In this document: positions 51,326 to 62,297 of the stretch, piece after piece
Layout of the letters: every line of letters starts with the position of its first letter
How positions within the stretch are numbered: the first letter of the stretch is position 1
Source of the DNA: Polyangiaceae bacterium
Lineage (GTDB): Bacteria; Myxococcota_A; Polyangia; Polyangiales; Polyangiaceae
Assembly (NCBI GenBank): GCA_044376115.1
Contig: JBILLK010000004.1
Span: 224,001-288,000 of the forward strand
Direction: 5' to 3'
DNA length: 64,000 bases
Notes under the pieces: model-generated
Databases searched by the model: none
What the model saw: the letters and a program-made list of their open reading frames with translations, nothing else
What the model was told of the DNA's origin: nothing
Program-made: the position numbers and the translations under genes

Positions 51326-52123
51326 CTAACTCAGGCCCAAGCCGAAGCGACGTTCCGCGTTGGCGGTGGTCTGCTGCGCGAGCAGCTCGAGCGTGATGTT
51401 TCGCAGTTCAGCGACGCGCTTTGCAGTCTGCACCACCATGCTTGGACGGCACGGCTTTCCACGGAAGGGAATTGGCGCGAGGTACGGGCTATCGGTTTCG
51501 ACCATGATGCGCTCCGACGGAGCCCAACTCGCTACCTCATGAATGCTCTTGGCGTTCTTGAAGGTCACCACGCCGGAGAACGAAAGATCGAAATCCATGT
51601 CCAGGGCCCTTCGCGCAAAGCCGAGGTCCTCACTGAAGCAGTGAATCACGCCGCCGACCTCGCGGGCGTTCTCCTCCGCGAGGATGGTCAGCGTGTCCTC
51701 AGCGGCTTCCCTCGTGTGAACGACGATCGGCTTCTTTAGCGACTTGGCGAGCGCGATCGTCCGCCGGAAGACCTCTTGTTGCAGCTCTTTGGGCGAGTGC
51801 ATGTAGTGGTAGTCCAGGCCGATCTCGCCCACCGCTACCACCTCTGCGTGCCCGGCTAGCTGCTCGAGCTCGCTCAACATCGCCTCGGAGAGATGACTTG
51901 CGTCGTGCGGGTGCAAGCCAACCGCGGCGCGAACGTCCGGCTCCTTTCTAGCGATCGCAAGAGCTCCGCGCGCGGCAGCCAGCGAGTCATCAACGCCGAT
52001 CACCATGAAGCCACAAACGCCCTCACGGCGGGCCTCGTCGAGAGCCTCGCTATAGCCGTTTGGGTAGTAGTGCGGGTCGAGATGGCAGTGCGTATCAACC
52101 AAGCGCAAAGATGCAGTCGTCAC
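51326..52123 (-). CDS. tatD: TatD-family hydrolase
   Basis: DTHCHL, GLHPHDA, GEIGLDY, HTREA, HCFS, ETDSPYLAP; GAGGAG RBS before GTG. Confidence 0.95.
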   Translation of the reverse strand: MTTASLRLVDTHCHLDPHYYPNGYSEALDEARREGVCGFMVIGVDDSLAAARGALAIARKEPDVRAAVGLHPHDASHLSEAMLSELEQLAGHAEVVAVGEIGLDYHYMHSPKELQQEVFRRTIALAKSLKKPIVVHTREAAEDTLTILAEENAREVGGVIHCFSEDLGFARRALDMDFDLSFSGVVTFKNAKSIHEVASWAPSERIMVETDSPYLAPIPFRGKPCRPSMVVQTAKRVAELRNITLELLAQQTTANAERRFGLGLS

Positions 52124-52131
52124 AGCGCTCC

Positions 52132-54480
52132 TCAAACCACCAGCTCGGCAAAGCGACTTCGAAGCACCGCCGAAGCAGCGTCGAGCGCGCTGAGCTCGCT
52201 GTAACCAATCGCGCGCAGCCGCTCCATCATCGCCCACGCCTCTTTCCGGCGAGACTCGCCCAAATCTCGCAGCTCGCGTTCATTGGGCTCGGCACCAACA
52301 CGTTCTTTCTTCTCGCGCAGCACTCGGACGAGGTCTCGGACGAGCAGCGCGACAGGCTTGCGACGCTCGGTAAACACGGCGTCACGTAGGTTCTTCTGCA
52401 AATCAGGGAAGACCACGTCGTTCGAATGACGCTCGCCCGGATGGTCGATCGCCCAGGCCGCGATCGAGGAGATGAAGCTCTTGCGATGCTCGTCGTTCTT
52501 GGAGGTCACTCCGAGCAGTGCCTCGACTTCGCGCATCATCCGTTCGTCGGCCTTCTCGTGTTCACCGGTATGCGGGTTGCGGATCGTTTCACCTTTGACC
52601 CAAACCGACACGTGGTGGACGTAACGATCGAACAGCTCGCGGTACTTGTCTTCATCGACGAGACCGCTCGCTTTGCGCATCTCCTCCTCCAACGTTTCGA
52701 GCAGGCGGCGACGAGCGATGGCACGCATTTCAGCGGTGTCATGGTAGTGCCCGAGCTGCGTCTTGTTGCGGAGCCAGTCGTACTCGCTCATCTGCTTGCA
52801 CAGTTCGTCGAGCTCGTCGAGCACGGCAAAGGGCGAGAGATAGCCGTAGTGCCTGTTCTGTGACGCGTTCAACAACACCGTTCGCATCGTGCGCGGGCTC
52901 GCGCCTTCTTTGCCCTCGTAGTCGGTGGAGGCGTCGGTCTCTCGGTAGATATCGCCAATTCCAGCTCGCAATAGCTTGCGTGCATCCGACTCGAAGGTCT
53001 CGGGTACGCGCCCTCGTGCGTAGAGGTCCATCTTCTGCTCGACGGTGAGCTCCTTCAGGATCTTGCCGAGCTCGTTCGGGTACTTGTCCTGCGAGGGCTT
53101 CTCCAACCGCGTCATCACCGCAAACTCGGCCGCGACCCGCGTTGCGTGTGGAGCCACGTGGCATCCGAGGTACGGCACGATCTGCCGATCGTAGATCTGC
53201 TGTTCATCCAAGCTATTGCGCAGGTAGGGCGCCGGCACGAGTTCAAAGCGTCCCCGAAAGCTCGGGAACTCGGGGTGCTCCCGGAAGGCGGACAGGTGAA
53301 TCTCATTGGCGCTGCCGATCATCACCACGTTGGTTTGAACATTCTGGTGGGGCAGCGCGATCTCTCCCGTCTCCAAGGTCAGCTGCAAATAACGGAACGC
53401 GTCGATCGGCCGCTTCAGCAGATCGCTGAACTCGAGCACGCCGCCTGCGGCCTCGACCAGCTCGCCGTGCGCTTCGAACAGCGTGGTGGCCTGAAGTGCG
53501 GTGGGCAGCGCCGAGAGCGAGCGATCGGCGGTGATCTGGCGCTCACCGGCATCCACCGACAGCTCCGGCCCGAGCGTGATCGCTCCTTGCCGGTACTTGC
53601 GCGAGATGAACCAGCGCTCCACTTGCACGTGGCGCAAGACGCGCGGCAAGCTGCCTGCCTCCGACAGCAAGAGCGCCTGAAACACCTGCTGGTTCTTGTG
53701 CGACAAGAGGCCGGTCTTGAGCCAAGTTGGCGGCGTCAACCCCCGCGCCGCGAACCATTTCTCAAGCAGAGGCTGACGATGCTTCACCGGCAGCAGGAAC
53801 AGCGGATGGTCACGCAGCTCCATCACCAAGCGCGCGTCGATGTCGTCGTCGGTGAGGTGCGCGAACGTCTCTTCCCAACTGCCCTCGCTCACCTCGGTCG
53901 AGCGCTCCCCGCCAAAACCGATGGCACCGCGGGTCGACTTACGGCTCGGGAACACCCAGTGGAAGCGGTAGAGCGCCCCTTCCGGGAGCATCGAATAGTG
54001 CTCGAGCCCACGCAGAATGCACGCCGCCGTTGTGCTCTTCGCACTGCCGTTCGGCCCGTGAGCGAGCACCAGCTTGTTGGCCCGCCCCTCATTTACGAAG
54101 TTGCTCAGGAACTTGTAGATCGCTCCCTGCAGCTCTTCTTGGGCAACCAGCGTTGGTTCACGAGACTCAACGGTTCCGCCTTCGCGCGCCCACGGCGAGT
54201 CAAACAGGGCGAACCGGGTAACACGCCCTGTAGGCTTTTCGATCTCGCTCGTTCCGAAGTGATCGAACATGTCGCGCACGTAGGTGGCGGCATCGCGACC
54301 GTGACGGGCTGGGTCTTCGATGAAGAGCTCGACGTACTCCCTGAAGGAGAGCACCGTCTTCGAGACTTCAAAGTCCGACCGCAGGCGCTCAGCCACCTCC
54401 GACAGTCCGGCGACGGCGTCCTTCCTTCGTTGGTCAGGCGAGAGTTCTGCGGCTTGGGGCTTCGGCTTGGAGGGGTTCAC
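52132..54480 (-). CDS. PrkA/YeaG-family AAA+ protein
   Basis: HGPNGSAKST P-loop, EGALYRFHW, GVLEFSDLLKRP, GSANE, GASPR. Confidence 0.85.
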   Translation of the reverse strand: MNPSKPKPQAAELSPDQRRKDAVAGLSEVAERLRSDFEVSKTVLSFREYVELFIEDPARHGRDAATYVRDMFDHFGTSEIEKPTGRVTRFALFDSPWAREGGTVESREPTLVAQEELQGAIYKFLSNFVNEGRANKLVLAHGPNGSAKSTTAACILRGLEHYSMLPEGALYRFHWVFPSRKSTRGAIGFGGERSTEVSEGSWEETFAHLTDDDIDARLVMELRDHPLFLLPVKHRQPLLEKWFAARGLTPPTWLKTGLLSHKNQQVFQALLLSEAGSLPRVLRHVQVERWFISRKYRQGAITLGPELSVDAGERQITADRSLSALPTALQATTLFEAHGELVEAAGGVLEFSDLLKRPIDAFRYLQLTLETGEIALPHQNVQTNVVMIGSANEIHLSAFREHPEFPSFRGRFELVPAPYLRNSLDEQQIYDRQIVPYLGCHVAPHATRVAAEFAVMTRLEKPSQDKYPNELGKILKELTVEQKMDLYARGRVPETFESDARKLLRAGIGDIYRETDASTDYEGKEGASPRTMRTVLLNASQNRHYGYLSPFAVLDELDELCKQMSEYDWLRNKTQLGHYHDTAEMRAIARRRLLETLEEEMRKASGLVDEDKYRELFDRYVHHVSVWVKGETIRNPHTGEHEKADERMMREVEALLGVTSKNDEHRKSFISSIAAWAIDHPGERHSNDVVFPDLQKNLRDAVFTERRKPVALLVRDLVRVLREKKERVGAEPNERELRDLGESRRKEAWAMMERLRAIGYSELSALDAASAVLRSRFAELVV

Positions 54481-54570
54481 GCGAAGGCCACCGTATCATG
54501 AGCGCCCGGCGGCTGCTGTCTGGCAAGAATCCCGGCCAGGCCAGTCAGCGCGTCCGAGCCGGTGGCTCGT

Positions 54571-55854
54571 TCAGCGAGCGAGAAGGAGCGCGATCACCAC
54601 GCCGACGACGAGCAACACGCCGCCGACCAAGGCGGGCAACTGCCAGCTCGGCCGAGCAGGCGGAAGACCCATGATGACGTAGTCTTGAGGCAGGCCCGAG
54701 TTCGCACTGCCCGGTGAGGCTTGCTTGAAGGCCGCGTCCATCGCGGAGAAATCGGGCCCCGCTGCGAGCTTCTGCTGATGGGCTGCAAGATGCGCGGGAA
54801 GCCCCTCTGTGATGGCTTTCTCCAAGTCAGCTTCTGTCATCTTCGCCCAAACGCGATGATCGCCGCGCAGACCGAAAGCAGCTCCCAGAGCGTCGACGTA
54901 GGCGCCAATCGAGGAGGGGCGAAGGTCTGGACTCTTGGCCAACGCAAGTTCCATGACCTCATCCAAGGTCTCTGGGAGGCCGTGAGCCTTGCCCGCAACC
55001 GACATCAACTCAGGGTCTTGAGTCAGAATCGCAAGGAGGATCGCGGGGCCGGTATTGCCTGGAAAAGGCACCTTGCCGGTCAGACACTCATAGACGATGG
55101 CCGCGAGAGACCAGACGTCCGCTCGATGATCCAAGCTGGCCAACCCCTGCGCTTGTTCGGGCGCCATGTAGTACGGCGAGCCAATCGTCGTGCCCATGAC
55201 CGTGAGCTTCTTGGCGTTCTCCGAGTTGTCACGTACCGATCCGAAGTCGAGGATCTTCGTACGATCGCCTTCCGCCGTGTGACAAAGGAACAGGTTGTCT
55301 GGCTTCAAATCGCGGTGGACTTGCTGTTTTGTGTGGGCCTCGGCCAGTCCGATCGCGACCTGCGAAGCCATACGAAGCGCGCGAGCAGGGCGCATCACCT
55401 TCTCGCGCTTGAGGAACATCCGAAGCTCCTCCCCCTCGAGGTACTCCATCGCCAGTGCGTACGAGCCGTCGTCGGTGCGCTCGAAGGCGTAGACGTCAAC
55501 GATGTGATCGTGCGGTAGGCCCGACGAGACCTGGAACTCACGCTTGAACCGCTCCACGGCAACGGCGTCTTGTGCGACCTCCGGGTGAAGGATTTTGAGC
55601 GCAACTCCGCGCGGCGCGGCTACCCCGTCGGGGCCAACCCAACCGGTGTCGAGGGCTTGATACACCCGACCCATGCCACCGTCGGCGACGATGCGCCAAA
55701 GAACGTAGCGACCGTTGGTCGTCGTTCCGATTCGCGCATCTTCGGTTGAGCGAGGAGCAGCGGCCGCGTCTGCGACCGCCAGTTTCTCGCCGTCGATCGG
55801 ACAAAAGCCGGAAGCGTCATCGAACAGGCGGTAACACTTCGAACACGCCTTCAT
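54571..55854 (-). CDS. Hanks-type Ser/Thr kinase with N-terminal Zn ribbon and C-terminal TM
   Basis: CSKC..CPIDG; GGMGRVY, VALK, HRDLKPDN, DFG, YMAPEQ; hydrophobic C-terminus. Confidence 0.95.
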   Translation of the reverse strand: MKACSKCYRLFDDASGFCPIDGEKLAVADAAAAPRSTEDARIGTTTNGRYVLWRIVADGGMGRVYQALDTGWVGPDGVAAPRGVALKILHPEVAQDAVAVERFKREFQVSSGLPHDHIVDVYAFERTDDGSYALAMEYLEGEELRMFLKREKVMRPARALRMASQVAIGLAEAHTKQQVHRDLKPDNLFLCHTAEGDRTKILDFGSVRDNSENAKKLTVMGTTIGSPYYMAPEQAQGLASLDHRADVWSLAAIVYECLTGKVPFPGNTGPAILLAILTQDPELMSVAGKAHGLPETLDEVMELALAKSPDLRPSSIGAYVDALGAAFGLRGDHRVWAKMTEADLEKAITEGLPAHLAAHQQKLAAGPDFSAMDAAFKQASPGSANSGLPQDYVIMGLPPARPSWQLPALVGGVLLVVGVVIALLLAR

Positions 55855-55858
55855 GAGC

Positions 55859-56605
55859 TCACGCGGGGAGCGTGCTTCCGGAGGGATCGGCCTCTGGACG
55901 CGGCGTGTAGTAGAGGAGCCGGCGACAGTTCGGGCATTGCTCGAACTCTTCTTGCCGAAGCATCTTTTGGAACATCATCGGCGGCACGGCGATGTGGCAA
56001 CCGTTGCAAGTTCCGTCGTGGGTCTTAGCGATGGCCCTAGGCCTTCTCGTACGGATGGTTTCATAGCGCCGGAAGAGTACGGGAGGCAGCGCCTTTTTGG
56101 CCGACTCGCGCTGGGCAACCAACTCATCCCGTTCACGCTGCCGCTGCGCCAAGGTTTGGGCAACTCCCTCGGCATCCCCTTCGAGTTCGCGCGTGAGCGC
56201 GTCTCGGCGAGTCTCGCCATCAGTTGCGCTGGTTCGCGCACGATCGCAAAGCCCGTCGAGCTTGCCAATTTCGTCCTCGCGATCACGGACCAACTTGCGA
56301 AGCTCTTCCATCTCGCGTTGGGCCGCTACGGTCTCACGTTCGTTGCGTGAACGGGCGAGCTTCTCGCGCGATTTCTCGATCTGGTTCGTCATCTGCCGAA
56401 CCTCACCGTGGAGTTCCCCTCGGGTCTTCTCCATCGTTGCAATCGATTCTCTCGCCACGGAGATGGTGCCTGCGAGCGCCGCCACCTCATCCTTCAGAGC
56501 GGCGAGGCCACCGCGGCGTAGCGTAAGTTCGTCGTCGACGACCCGCAGTCGTTCATCGATCTCGGAGAGCGTTTCGAGGAGGGGGATCTGGTCTCGTATG
56601 TTCAC
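55859..56605 (-). CDS. coiled-coil plus C4-type zinc ribbon protein (DUF164/CT398-like)
   Basis: Long heptad coiled coil then CNGC..CPNCRRLLY. Confidence 0.92.
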   Translation of the reverse strand: MNIRDQIPLLETLSEIDERLRVVDDELTLRRGGLAALKDEVAALAGTISVARESIATMEKTRGELHGEVRQMTNQIEKSREKLARSRNERETVAAQREMEELRKLVRDREDEIGKLDGLCDRARTSATDGETRRDALTRELEGDAEGVAQTLAQRQRERDELVAQRESAKKALPPVLFRRYETIRTRRPRAIAKTHDGTCNGCHIAVPPMMFQKMLRQEEFEQCPNCRRLLYYTPRPEADPSGSTLPA

Positions 56606-56637
56606 GGGGTTTTAGCCACCTCAATAAATGAATCGTT

Positions 56638-56754
56638 CCGGAGGACTCGACCTGCCTGGGGCTGCGTCCGCCTTTGGCGGAAAAGGGCGGTTTTCAAGAG
56701 GGACGAGTCATTCTTCTTGCTGCGCACGGAGGATTCGCTTGAGCGCAAACTCCG
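56638..56754. repeat. structured intergenic element, copy 2 (3' of tRNA-Ile2)
   Basis: 56691-56720 is 26/30 identical to 42094-42123; 56661-56681 is 18/21 identical to 42122-42142; nested inverted repeats. Confidence 0.7.
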
Positions 56755-56778
56755 GGGTGTTCGTGACGGAGAAACCTG

Positions 56779-56852
56779 TAGGCCCACCTGGGTTCGAACC
56801 AGGAACAGCCCGGTTATGAGCCGGGGGCTCTGACCGATTGAGCTATAGGCCC
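56779..56852 (-). tRNA. tRNA-Ile2(CAT), lysidine type, CCA not encoded
   Basis: GGGCCTATAGCTCAATCGGTCAGAGC, CCGG-CTCATAA-CCGG, GGTTCGAACCC; acceptor and loop typical of Ile2, next to the C4 zinc-ribbon gene. Confidence 0.88.
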
Positions 56853-56925
56853 AAGACTAGACACCGGGCACGCTAGACGAACGCGTTGGCGCAGGGAAGC
56901 CCCGCGTCGCAAATTCAACTCGGGT

Positions 56926-57882
56926 TCAGCGCTCGAGCACCTTCCGCAGACCGCTTGGGGGCGGTCTGCGCTTAACTTCCTGCGTGATTGTGTCAGGAGC
57001 GTCGCGGCAACAACGGAAGCCTAGACTTGCGGACCGCGCGGCTGGCGCGAGATCTTGGTTCAAGCTTCGGCAGGTTGATGCTCCCCCGCCCCACGCACCA
57101 CCCGCAGCACTCGAGGTGAACGGAGAGCGCATGCGACTCTGCTCCGGATCGGTCACCCATTCGCGGACGTTTCCACTCTGATCGAGGACTCCGAAGCTGC
57201 TCGCGCACGCCGAATGAGCCCCGGATACCGAGCGCCGATCGCTCCGGGCGAAGTCTTCCGCGACCGAAGCTCCACGCGACGGCACGACCTCGATCAAGGG
57301 GCCAGCGTCCCAGTTGCATAGCCCACGCTCGCGCGAGAGCCCCATGGCATACGGACGCACAGCCTCTCCTTCGCACGAGAACTGCCACTCACGAACCGTG
57401 CACAATCGCTTTTCCTCCAGCTCGCAAGCTGCGCTCGCTTCGTCGTAGGACACGAGCACGGCTGGGTAGGCGCCCGCGCGATTCGGGTATTCGAGGCGAT
57501 CGACGCAAAAACGTAGGAACTTGGCTTTGCCTTCGCACAACACTTCGTTGCGGAAGCGCTCACAAACGCCAGGATCGCCGCGCGAACCGGCCCCCAACTC
57601 CTTACGCTTCTTGTCGCAGCGGTGAGCCGCAAAAGGGCAAGCGAAGCCCTCTACCAGAACCATGTCGCTCGAACACACGCCCTCTGCTGCTGGGCTTGGC
57701 GGGGCGCTGATTGCGCTAACTTGGGCGCTGGGAAGCTCTGCAGTTCCCGGGGAGGAGACTTCCAAAACGGGGCTCGATGCCGAGCTCGTTGATTGCAGGT
57801 CAGCAAGCGGAGCCGGCCGACTCGCGAGCAGCACCAGTCCAGCCAGCGCTGCGGAACCGGCAAACACCAAGCCAAGGATCAT
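56926..57882 (-). CDS. SUMF1/formylglycine-generating-enzyme-like (FGE-sulfatase) domain protein
   Basis: DMVLVEG, FCVDRLEYPN, KRLCT..EW..SCEG, FGVLDQSGNVREW, GFRCC; N-terminal TM; start uncertain. Confidence 0.85.
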   Translation of the reverse strand: MILGLVFAGSAALAGLVLLASRPAPLADLQSTSSASSPVLEVSSPGTAELPSAQVSAISAPPSPAAEGVCSSDMVLVEGFACPFAAHRCDKKRKELGAGSRGDPGVCERFRNEVLCEGKAKFLRFCVDRLEYPNRAGAYPAVLVSYDEASAACELEEKRLCTVREWQFSCEGEAVRPYAMGLSRERGLCNWDAGPLIEVVPSRGASVAEDFARSDRRSVSGAHSACASSFGVLDQSGNVREWVTDPEQSRMRSPFTSSAAGGAWGGGASTCRSLNQDLAPAARSASLGFRCCRDAPDTITQEVKRRPPPSGLRKVLER

Positions 57883-57998
57883 GGATGAGCGCAACCTAGT
57901 TCGCGGTACCACAACGCCAGAGGTCCATGCTACGCGGAGATGCTTGATCGTGGTTTGAGTGGCCCGCCAAACCCCTTCAACTACCCGAAAGGCCTTTC

Positions 57999-60887
57999 GT
58001 GAGCGAACTCGTCGTCCGTGGCGCACGGCAACACAATCTAAAGAACGTGTCCTGCCGGATTCCCCGAGATTCGCTGGTCGTAATCACGGGGCCAAGCGGT
58101 TCGGGGAAGTCTTCCCTCGCCTTCGATACCATCTACGCGGAGGGCCAACGCCTCTACGTGGAGAGCCTCTCAGCGTATGCCCGGCAGTTCCTTGAGCAGC
58201 TCGGTAAGCCTGACGTTGACTCAATCGAAGGACTCTCGCCGTCCATCGCCATCGAGCAACGCGCCCTAGCTCGCAGCCCTCGCTCGACGGTGGGTACGGT
58301 CACCGAGCTCTCCGACTATTTGCGGTTACTCTTTGCTCGGGCTGGGACGCCGCATTGCCCGGGTTGCGGTAAACCGATTCAGGCGCAAACGGTGCAGCAG
58401 ATCGTCGATGCGATCTTGGCCCTGCCGGAGGGCAGTCGCATCCAGTTGTTCGCCCCTGTAGCTCGGCGCAAAAAGGGCTCGTTGCGCAACGAGCTAGACC
58501 GGCTGCGTAGAGAAGGGTTTGTGCGCGGTCGGCTCGACGGTGAACTGGTCGAGCTGGGGGACCTGACACCGAGCGACTCGCAGCTTCACGACCTCGACAT
58601 CTTGGTCGACCGGCTCGTGATCAAAGAGGGCCTCAAGAGCCGGGCGACCGACTCGGTAGAGCTCGCCCTCAAGCAGGGCGACGGCCAGCTGCTGGTCGAC
58701 GCGGGTGATGGCAAGCCCGAGCGGCGCATGAGCGAACGCTTCGCCTGCATTGAATGCGGCCTTTCCCTGCCGCCGATCGAGCCGCGGATGTTCTCCTTCA
58801 ACGGACCTCACGGCGCTTGCCCGCGTTGTGACGGCATCGGCTCGCGGGTCAAGGTCGAGCCCGACCGCATCGTTCCCGATGGCGGAAAGTCGCTGCGTGA
58901 AGGGGCCGTTCTCGCTTGGGGCCGACGCGGCTCTGTACAGCTCGCCGTCGAGGTTGACAAGGCCGTCAAAGAGCTCGGCGTCAACGCCGACACGCCTTGG
59001 GCGAAGCTCCCCGCCGCAATGCGGGAGGCCATCCTGCAAGGGGCACCAGCAAAGCGTAAAGGGGCCAAAGCGTACGAAGGTGTCGTGGAACGGCTCACCC
59101 GCGCCCTCGAACAAGGGACCGAAACGAACACTGATGAAGACGACGATCAGCTTCCTCTGGAAGACGAGTTGTCGCGGTTCGTCGTGACCTCGACCTGTGA
59201 TGCCTGCGACGGAAAGAGGCTGCGCCCCGAGTCCTTGGCTGTGCGCCTCGGCAACAAGAACATCACCGATTTCTCGGCGATGGCGCTCAGCGAATTGGCC
59301 AACGAGCTATCGGGCTTGGAAGCCCACGGGGCCCTGGTATCACCGAGAGCGAGTGCGATCGCGACGCCGCTGATTCGCTCGATGGTCTCCCGCATCGGCT
59401 TCTTGATCGAAGTCGGGCTCGACTACCTGACCCTGGACCGGTCGGTGATGACGCTGTCCGGCGGTGAGGGCCAAAGGATCCGGCTGGCCACCCAAATCGG
59501 CTCGGCATTGGTTGGCGTGCTTTACGTGCTCGATGAGCCATCCATTGGCCTACACGCGCGCGACAATCAGCGGCTGATCTCGGCGCTGCGCCGGTTGGTG
59601 GACCTCGGCAACACCGTCATCTGCGTGGAACACGACCGCGACACGATTCTCGCAGCCGACCACCTGATCGACATGGGACCACGGGCTGGCGTGCACGGAG
59701 GTCAGATCGTCGCAGAAGGGTCGCCCGCAGCTGCTTTTGCCAATGCCAACAGCGTCACAGGTCCGTATCTAACCGGCGCCAAGAACGTCGTGCATCGCTC
59801 CTCGCGCAAGCTTGAGTCGGCGCCACGCTTACGCGTGGAGGGAGCATCGCTGCATAACCTCAAGAACGTCGACGCAGAGTTTCCGCTCGGTATGCTCACG
59901 GCCGTCACGGGAGTCAGCGGCTCGGGCAAAAGCTCGCTCATCAACGACACGCTGTTGCGCACGGCGCGGCGATATCTTTATCGAGCTTCGGCTGTGCCCG
60001 GCCCCACGCGCCGCATCGATGGCCTCGCGCTGTTCGACAAGGTGATCGATATCGATCAGGCGCCGCTCGGGCGCACCCCCCGCTCGAACGCAGCCACCTA
60101 TACCGGGGTGATGGGTCTGCTTCGGGACCTCTTTGCAACGCTGCCGGAGGCGCGGGCACGCGGCTATAAGGCGGGTCGCTTCTCCTTCAACGTGAAGGGC
60201 GGACGCTGTGAAGCCTGCCAAGGAGATGGCGTGCTGCGCGTCGAGATGCACTTTTTGCCCGACGTTTTTGTCGAGTGCGAGACCTGCGGTGGGCACCGCT
60301 ACAACCGAGAGACGCTCGAGGTGCGCTACCGTGGCATGTCGATCGCTGATGTGCTCGGCCTGACCGTCACCGAGGCCGCGGTCGAGCTCGACGCCGTCCC
60401 CAAGATTCGCGAGCAGCTCGCCGCGTTGACGCGAGTTGGGCTTGGGTACCTGCGCCTCGGACAACCCGCAACGACGCTCTCGGGAGGCGAAGCGCAGCGC
60501 GTAAAGCTCGCCCGAGAGCTCGCGCGCCGTTCGACCGGCTCCACGTTGTACATCTTGGACGAGCCGACGACCGGGCTGCACTTCACTGACATTGAGCTGC
60601 TATTGGTCGCCCTTCACGGTCTGTGTGACGGTGGCAACACTGTGATCGTGATCGAACACAACGTGGAGGTGATCGCCTCGGCCGATTGGGTCGTGGATCT
60701 CGGGCCAGAAGGCGGAGCCAAGGGAGGTTATGTGTTGTCCCAAGGTTCACCCGAGGAAACAGCCGCAGGTAGCTCCGCGACCGCCCTGGCGCTGGCGCCG
60801 TTCTTTGCCTCCGCCAAACGCGAACCGCTGGTGAAAGGCCGCGCAGCCGCAGCCGCGACGAAGAAACAAAAGACCAAACCGCTCTAA
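57999..60887 (+). CDS. uvrA: excinuclease ABC subunit A
   Basis: [18 protein letters not shown], two LSGGE signatures, zinc fingers, [11 protein letters not shown]. Confidence 0.98.
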   Translation: MSELVVRGARQHNLKNVSCRIPRDSLVVITGPSGSGKSSLAFDTIYAEGQRLYVESLSAYARQFLEQLGKPDVDSIEGLSPSIAIEQRALARSPRSTVGTVTELSDYLRLLFARAGTPHCPGCGKPIQAQTVQQIVDAILALPEGSRIQLFAPVARRKKGSLRNELDRLRREGFVRGRLDGELVELGDLTPSDSQLHDLDILVDRLVIKEGLKSRATDSVELALKQGDGQLLVDAGDGKPERRMSERFACIECGLSLPPIEPRMFSFNGPHGACPRCDGIGSRVKVEPDRIVPDGGKSLREGAVLAWGRRGSVQLAVEVDKAVKELGVNADTPWAKLPAAMREAILQGAPAKRKGAKAYEGVVERLTRALEQGTETNTDEDDDQLPLEDELSRFVVTSTCDACDGKRLRPESLAVRLGNKNITDFSAMALSELANELSGLEAHGALVSPRASAIATPLIRSMVSRIGFLIEVGLDYLTLDRSVMTLSGGEGQRIRLATQIGSALVGVLYVLDEPSIGLHARDNQRLISALRRLVDLGNTVICVEHDRDTILAADHLIDMGPRAGVHGGQIVAEGSPAAAFANANSVTGPYLTGAKNVVHRSSRKLESAPRLRVEGASLHNLKNVDAEFPLGMLTAVTGVSGSGKSSLINDTLLRTARRYLYRASAVPGPTRRIDGLALFDKVIDIDQAPLGRTPRSNAATYTGVMGLLRDLFATLPEARARGYKAGRFSFNVKGGRCEACQGDGVLRVEMHFLPDVFVECETCGGHRYNRETLEVRYRGMSIADVLGLTVTEAAVELDAVPKIREQLAALTRVGLGYLRLGQPATTLSGGEAQRVKLARELARRSTGSTLYILDEPTTGLHFTDIELLLVALHGLCDGGNTVIVIEHNVEVIASADWVVDLGPEGGAKGGYVLSQGSPEETAAGSSATALALAPFFASAKREPLVKGRAAAAATKKQKTKPL

Positions 60888-60930
60888 TCAGAGCGGTGTT
60901 CCGGCCAGTGGTTGTGGTTTGACTGTTCGC

Positions 60931-61293
60931 TCAGCCGAAATCGCGCTCGGCCCGCTCCTGATCTTCTTTGCAACGAATGCACAGGCTGGTCTCTGGACGC
61001 GCTTCTAGCCGCTTCACAGAAATTTCCTCCTCGCACTCTTCGCAATTGCCGAAGGTACCTTCTTCAATCTTCTGAAGCGCGCGCTCGATCTTGTCGAGGA
61101 AGCTCTTCTCACGGCCACGAAGCCGGAAGGTGAAGGACTGTAGATACTCGCTCGACGCGAGATCCATCTCGTCGGGAAGATCATTGGTGTCGAGAGCCAT
61201 GTCGTCATTGAGGGTCTGTTTGGCCCTCTTCAAGATCTCGTCCCGCTTGGTCTCGAGCAGCAGCTTGAACTTCTTGAGTTGGACCTTCGTCAC
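60931..61293 (-). CDS. dksA: DksA/TraR family C4 zinc-finger protein
   Basis: DEMDLA (DxxDxA) coiled-coil tip, CEEC..RLEARP..CIRC. Confidence 0.9.
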   Translation of the reverse strand: MTKVQLKKFKLLLETKRDEILKRAKQTLNDDMALDTNDLPDEMDLASSEYLQSFTFRLRGREKSFLDKIERALQKIEEGTFGNCEECEEEISVKRLEARPETSLCIRCKEDQERAERDFG

Positions 61294-61454
61294 GTGCGCT
61301 CCTGTTTTTCTTTCTCGTGCAGAACCGAAAATGCGTCTTTTTGCAGAGGGCTCGAGTCGTTCTCGCGTCTGCTTCCACGGGGTGGAAAAAGAAGGCCAGA
61401 AAGGTAAGGACTGGAGGTGCGATCGTCAATGAAGACCTGCGCTACGCTGGCTTG

Positions 61455-62297
61455 GTGAAGCACAATTCGCCCTTGGGGCTATCTTTTGCTGAAGAACAAG
61501 GCCCACCCCCCAAAGCAGCCGCCACCGTATTGTTGCTCAGGGAGAGCGCTGGACTCGAGACCTTTGCCATGATCCGAAACCCCAAGTCTGGGTTTCTAGG
61601 TGGAGCTGCAGTGTTTCCGGGCGGCAAGGTAGACCCTGCCGATGGCTCCGTCGCGATCGAATGGACGTCGACTCCGCGCCTTGCGCAGCTGGCATCCGAG
61701 CGCGATGAACAGCGTGGGCTGCTGGTCGCTGCGCTACGAGAGACGTTGGAGGAGGCGGGCGTGCTTCCGGGGGCAGCGACCGCGGCGCAAATCGACGAGG
61801 CTCGCACAGCGCTCAAGCAGGGCGTTTCCTTCGCCGAGGCCGCGCTGCATCTCGGTCCGCGGCCCGATGAATTGGTGCCTTTTGCGCGTTGGGTCACGCC
61901 GTCAGCGGAGAGCCGGCGCTTCGACGCGCGGTTCTTTCTGTTGCCCATGCCCGAAGGACAAGACGCAGCGCACGACGGCCACGAGACCGTTGCTGGCTTC
62001 TGGTCGACTCCCGCCGCGCTGATCGAGAAGTTCGTCGGCGGGGAGATTTTGCTGGCGCCTCCGACCCTGCGCGCGCTCGAGCTACTGACGTCTTGCGCCA
62101 CCATCAGCGACGCCCTTCGGGTCGCAGATCGACAGTCGCTCTTACCCATCTGCCCGCTGTTTGTACCGGAAGATCCGCCTCTGCTCGTGTTACCGGGGGA
62201 CCCTCTACATCAGCTCGCGGAGCCTCGCGTGGATGGCCCGACCCGGTTCGTACTTCGGGACGGCCGCTTCCTCAGCGATCATTTGCCTTCGCGGTAA
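61455..62297 (+). CDS. NUDIX hydrolase (Nudt19-like)
   Basis: AATVLLLR, VFPGGKVD, AALRETLEEAG, WVTP...RRFDARFF; start uncertain. Confidence 0.88.
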   Translation: MKHNSPLGLSFAEEQGPPPKAAATVLLLRESAGLETFAMIRNPKSGFLGGAAVFPGGKVDPADGSVAIEWTSTPRLAQLASERDEQRGLLVAALRETLEEAGVLPGAATAAQIDEARTALKQGVSFAEAALHLGPRPDELVPFARWVTPSAESRRFDARFFLLPMPEGQDAAHDGHETVAGFWSTPAALIEKFVGGEILLAPPTLRALELLTSCATISDALRVADRQSLLPICPLFVPEDPPLLVLPGDPLHQLAEPRVDGPTRFVLRDGRFLSDHLPSR

